Shown in pieces: positions 50,169 to 50,985 of a DNA stretch of 50,985 nt; the first letter of the stretch is position 1, and every line of letters starts with the position of its first letter. Under the pieces are notes generated by a model, which was not told the DNA's origin, did no database searches, and saw nothing but the letters and a program-made list of their open reading frames with translations. The DNA is from Gemmatimonadales bacterium (GTDB lineage: Bacteria; Gemmatimonadota; Gemmatimonadetes; Gemmatimonadales; Gemmatimonadaceae): positions 1 to 50,985 of the forward strand of contig JBBQHX010000001.1 in assembly GCA_038324385.1 (NCBI GenBank), read 5' to 3'. Made by a program: the position numbers and the translations under genes.

Positions 50169-50985
50169 ACGGAGGGATCCTCGGTGGCGGACTCACCAGT
50201 GGGGAAGTCGCCGCGGGGCCGCTTGCGCCGCCGCCGCCGGCGTGGACGTTCGTCGATCTCCTCGACCTCATCGAGTTCATCGAGTTCATCGACGTCGTCG
50301 CCGATCAGAACGTCTTCGATTTCGACCGGAAAGCCGCCGGGCGAGAGCGCGGTGGCCCCGCGCGGTCCTGTGCCCCGTCCGGGCCCGGTCGGATCCCGAT
50401 CGAGGAGGCCGAGTACGAAGTACCGAATGGCTCCATAGGCGACGTAACCCAGGAAGACCGGGAAGAAGAATTGCTTCGGCAGGAAGATCAGGCCAAGTAC
50501 GGCCCCAATCACGATCACCGCCCCCGCGATTCCCCGCAGCGTCCGGAAGTTGATGCGCGGAACGGCAGGATACGGAACGTCGCTGATCATCAGGAACGCC
50601 AGCAGCGCCATGACGAAGCGTAACATCACGTGCCAGGGCAGGTCGGCGATCGCCGTCTGGAGGTACAGATCGGTCTGACTGAACCAGTAGTAGGTCGCCA
50701 GCGTCAGCCCGGCCGCGGGGCTCGGCAGCCCGCGGAAGTGCGTCTTCGCGCTCCCAGCCTGCTCCACATTGAAGCGCGCCAGGCGCACCACCGCGCAGGC
50801 GGCGAACAGGAACACCCAGATCCAGTCCCATCCTTCGCGGTTCAGAATCGCGAAGTACATGATCATCGCCGGCGCGAGGCCGAAGGTGATCGCGTCGACG
50901 AGGGAGTCGAGCTCCTCGCCGAACCGGCTGCCGGTGCGCGTGACGCGGGCGATTCTCCCGTCGAAGGCGTCGCAAACGCCGCCCA
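50165..50985 (-). CDS. pssA: CDP-diacylglycerol--serine O-phosphatidyltransferase, 5'-truncated by window edge, with a charged C-terminal tail
   Basis: The frame stays open to the window end. GGVCDAFDGRIARVTRTGSRFGEELDSLVDAITFG is the CDP-alcohol phosphatidyltransferase motif. The tail is ...DDVDELDELDEVEEIDERPRRRRRRKRPRG.... The stop overlaps the purS ATG (ATGA). Confidence 0.88.
   Translation of the reverse strand, partial: GGVCDAFDGRIARVTRTGSRFGEELDSLVDAITFGLAPAMIMYFAILNREGWDWIWVFLFAACAVVRLARFNVEQAGSAKTHFRGLPSPAAGLTLATYYWFSQTDLYLQTAIADLPWHVMLRFVMALLAFLMISDVPYPAVPRINFRTLRGIAGAVIVIGAVLGLIFLPKQFFFPVFLGYVAYGAIRYFVLGLLDRDPTGPGRGTGPRGATALSPGGFPVEIEDVLIGDDVDELDELDEVEEIDERPRRRRRRKRPRGDFPTGESATEDPSV

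Overview
By eye this is a high-GC (about two-thirds G+C, not computed) bacterial chromosomal core region. Coding density is very high and many adjacent genes have overlapping stop and start codons (ATGA, GTGA, TTGA). I support 45 CDS (two cut by the window edges), one tmRNA gene (ssrA), several intrinsic-terminator-like hairpins and two candidate promoters. Gene content is almost all housekeeping. Plus strand, in order: rpsA (3' part); a three-gene acyl-CoA carboxylase set interrupted by an rRNA methyltransferase gene; rplM-rpsI; rpsB-tsf-pyrH-frr-uppS-cdsA-dxr-rseP; rpsO-pnp plus an M16 peptidase; ald; mreBCD-mrdA-rodA; accD-folC-hisS-proS-lysA plus a phosphoesterase; guaA; a DUF427 gene; dus-larB; ssrA. 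Minus strand: a PEP-CTERM protein, a Ser/Thr kinase, a lipoprotein, ptsN, and pssA-purS-purQ-purL-purF-ppdK. I see no CRISPR array, transposase, integrase, phage genes, toxin-antitoxin pair or recognisable defence island. I cannot honestly claim a new multi-gene system here. Four local oddities deserve a second look. (1) accD and folC lie in one reading frame, separated by a single TGA inside a 3 x 10-bp tandem repeat that puts TGA in all three frames, and folC has no ATG/GTG/TTG start. (2) A 41/42-nt inverted repeat brackets 227 bp of non-coding DNA just downstream of ssrA. (3) An acyl-CoA carboxylase alpha subunit appears split into two genes with an RlmD/RumA-type methyltransferase gene translationally coupled between them. 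(4) A small signal-peptide plus TM-anchored ORF starts directly after the rseP stop. Low-complexity C-terminal tails occur on S1, S2, PNPase, MreC, the biotin carboxylase and PssA. Shine-Dalgarno motifs are mostly absent. Phylum assignment is not possible without a database search.
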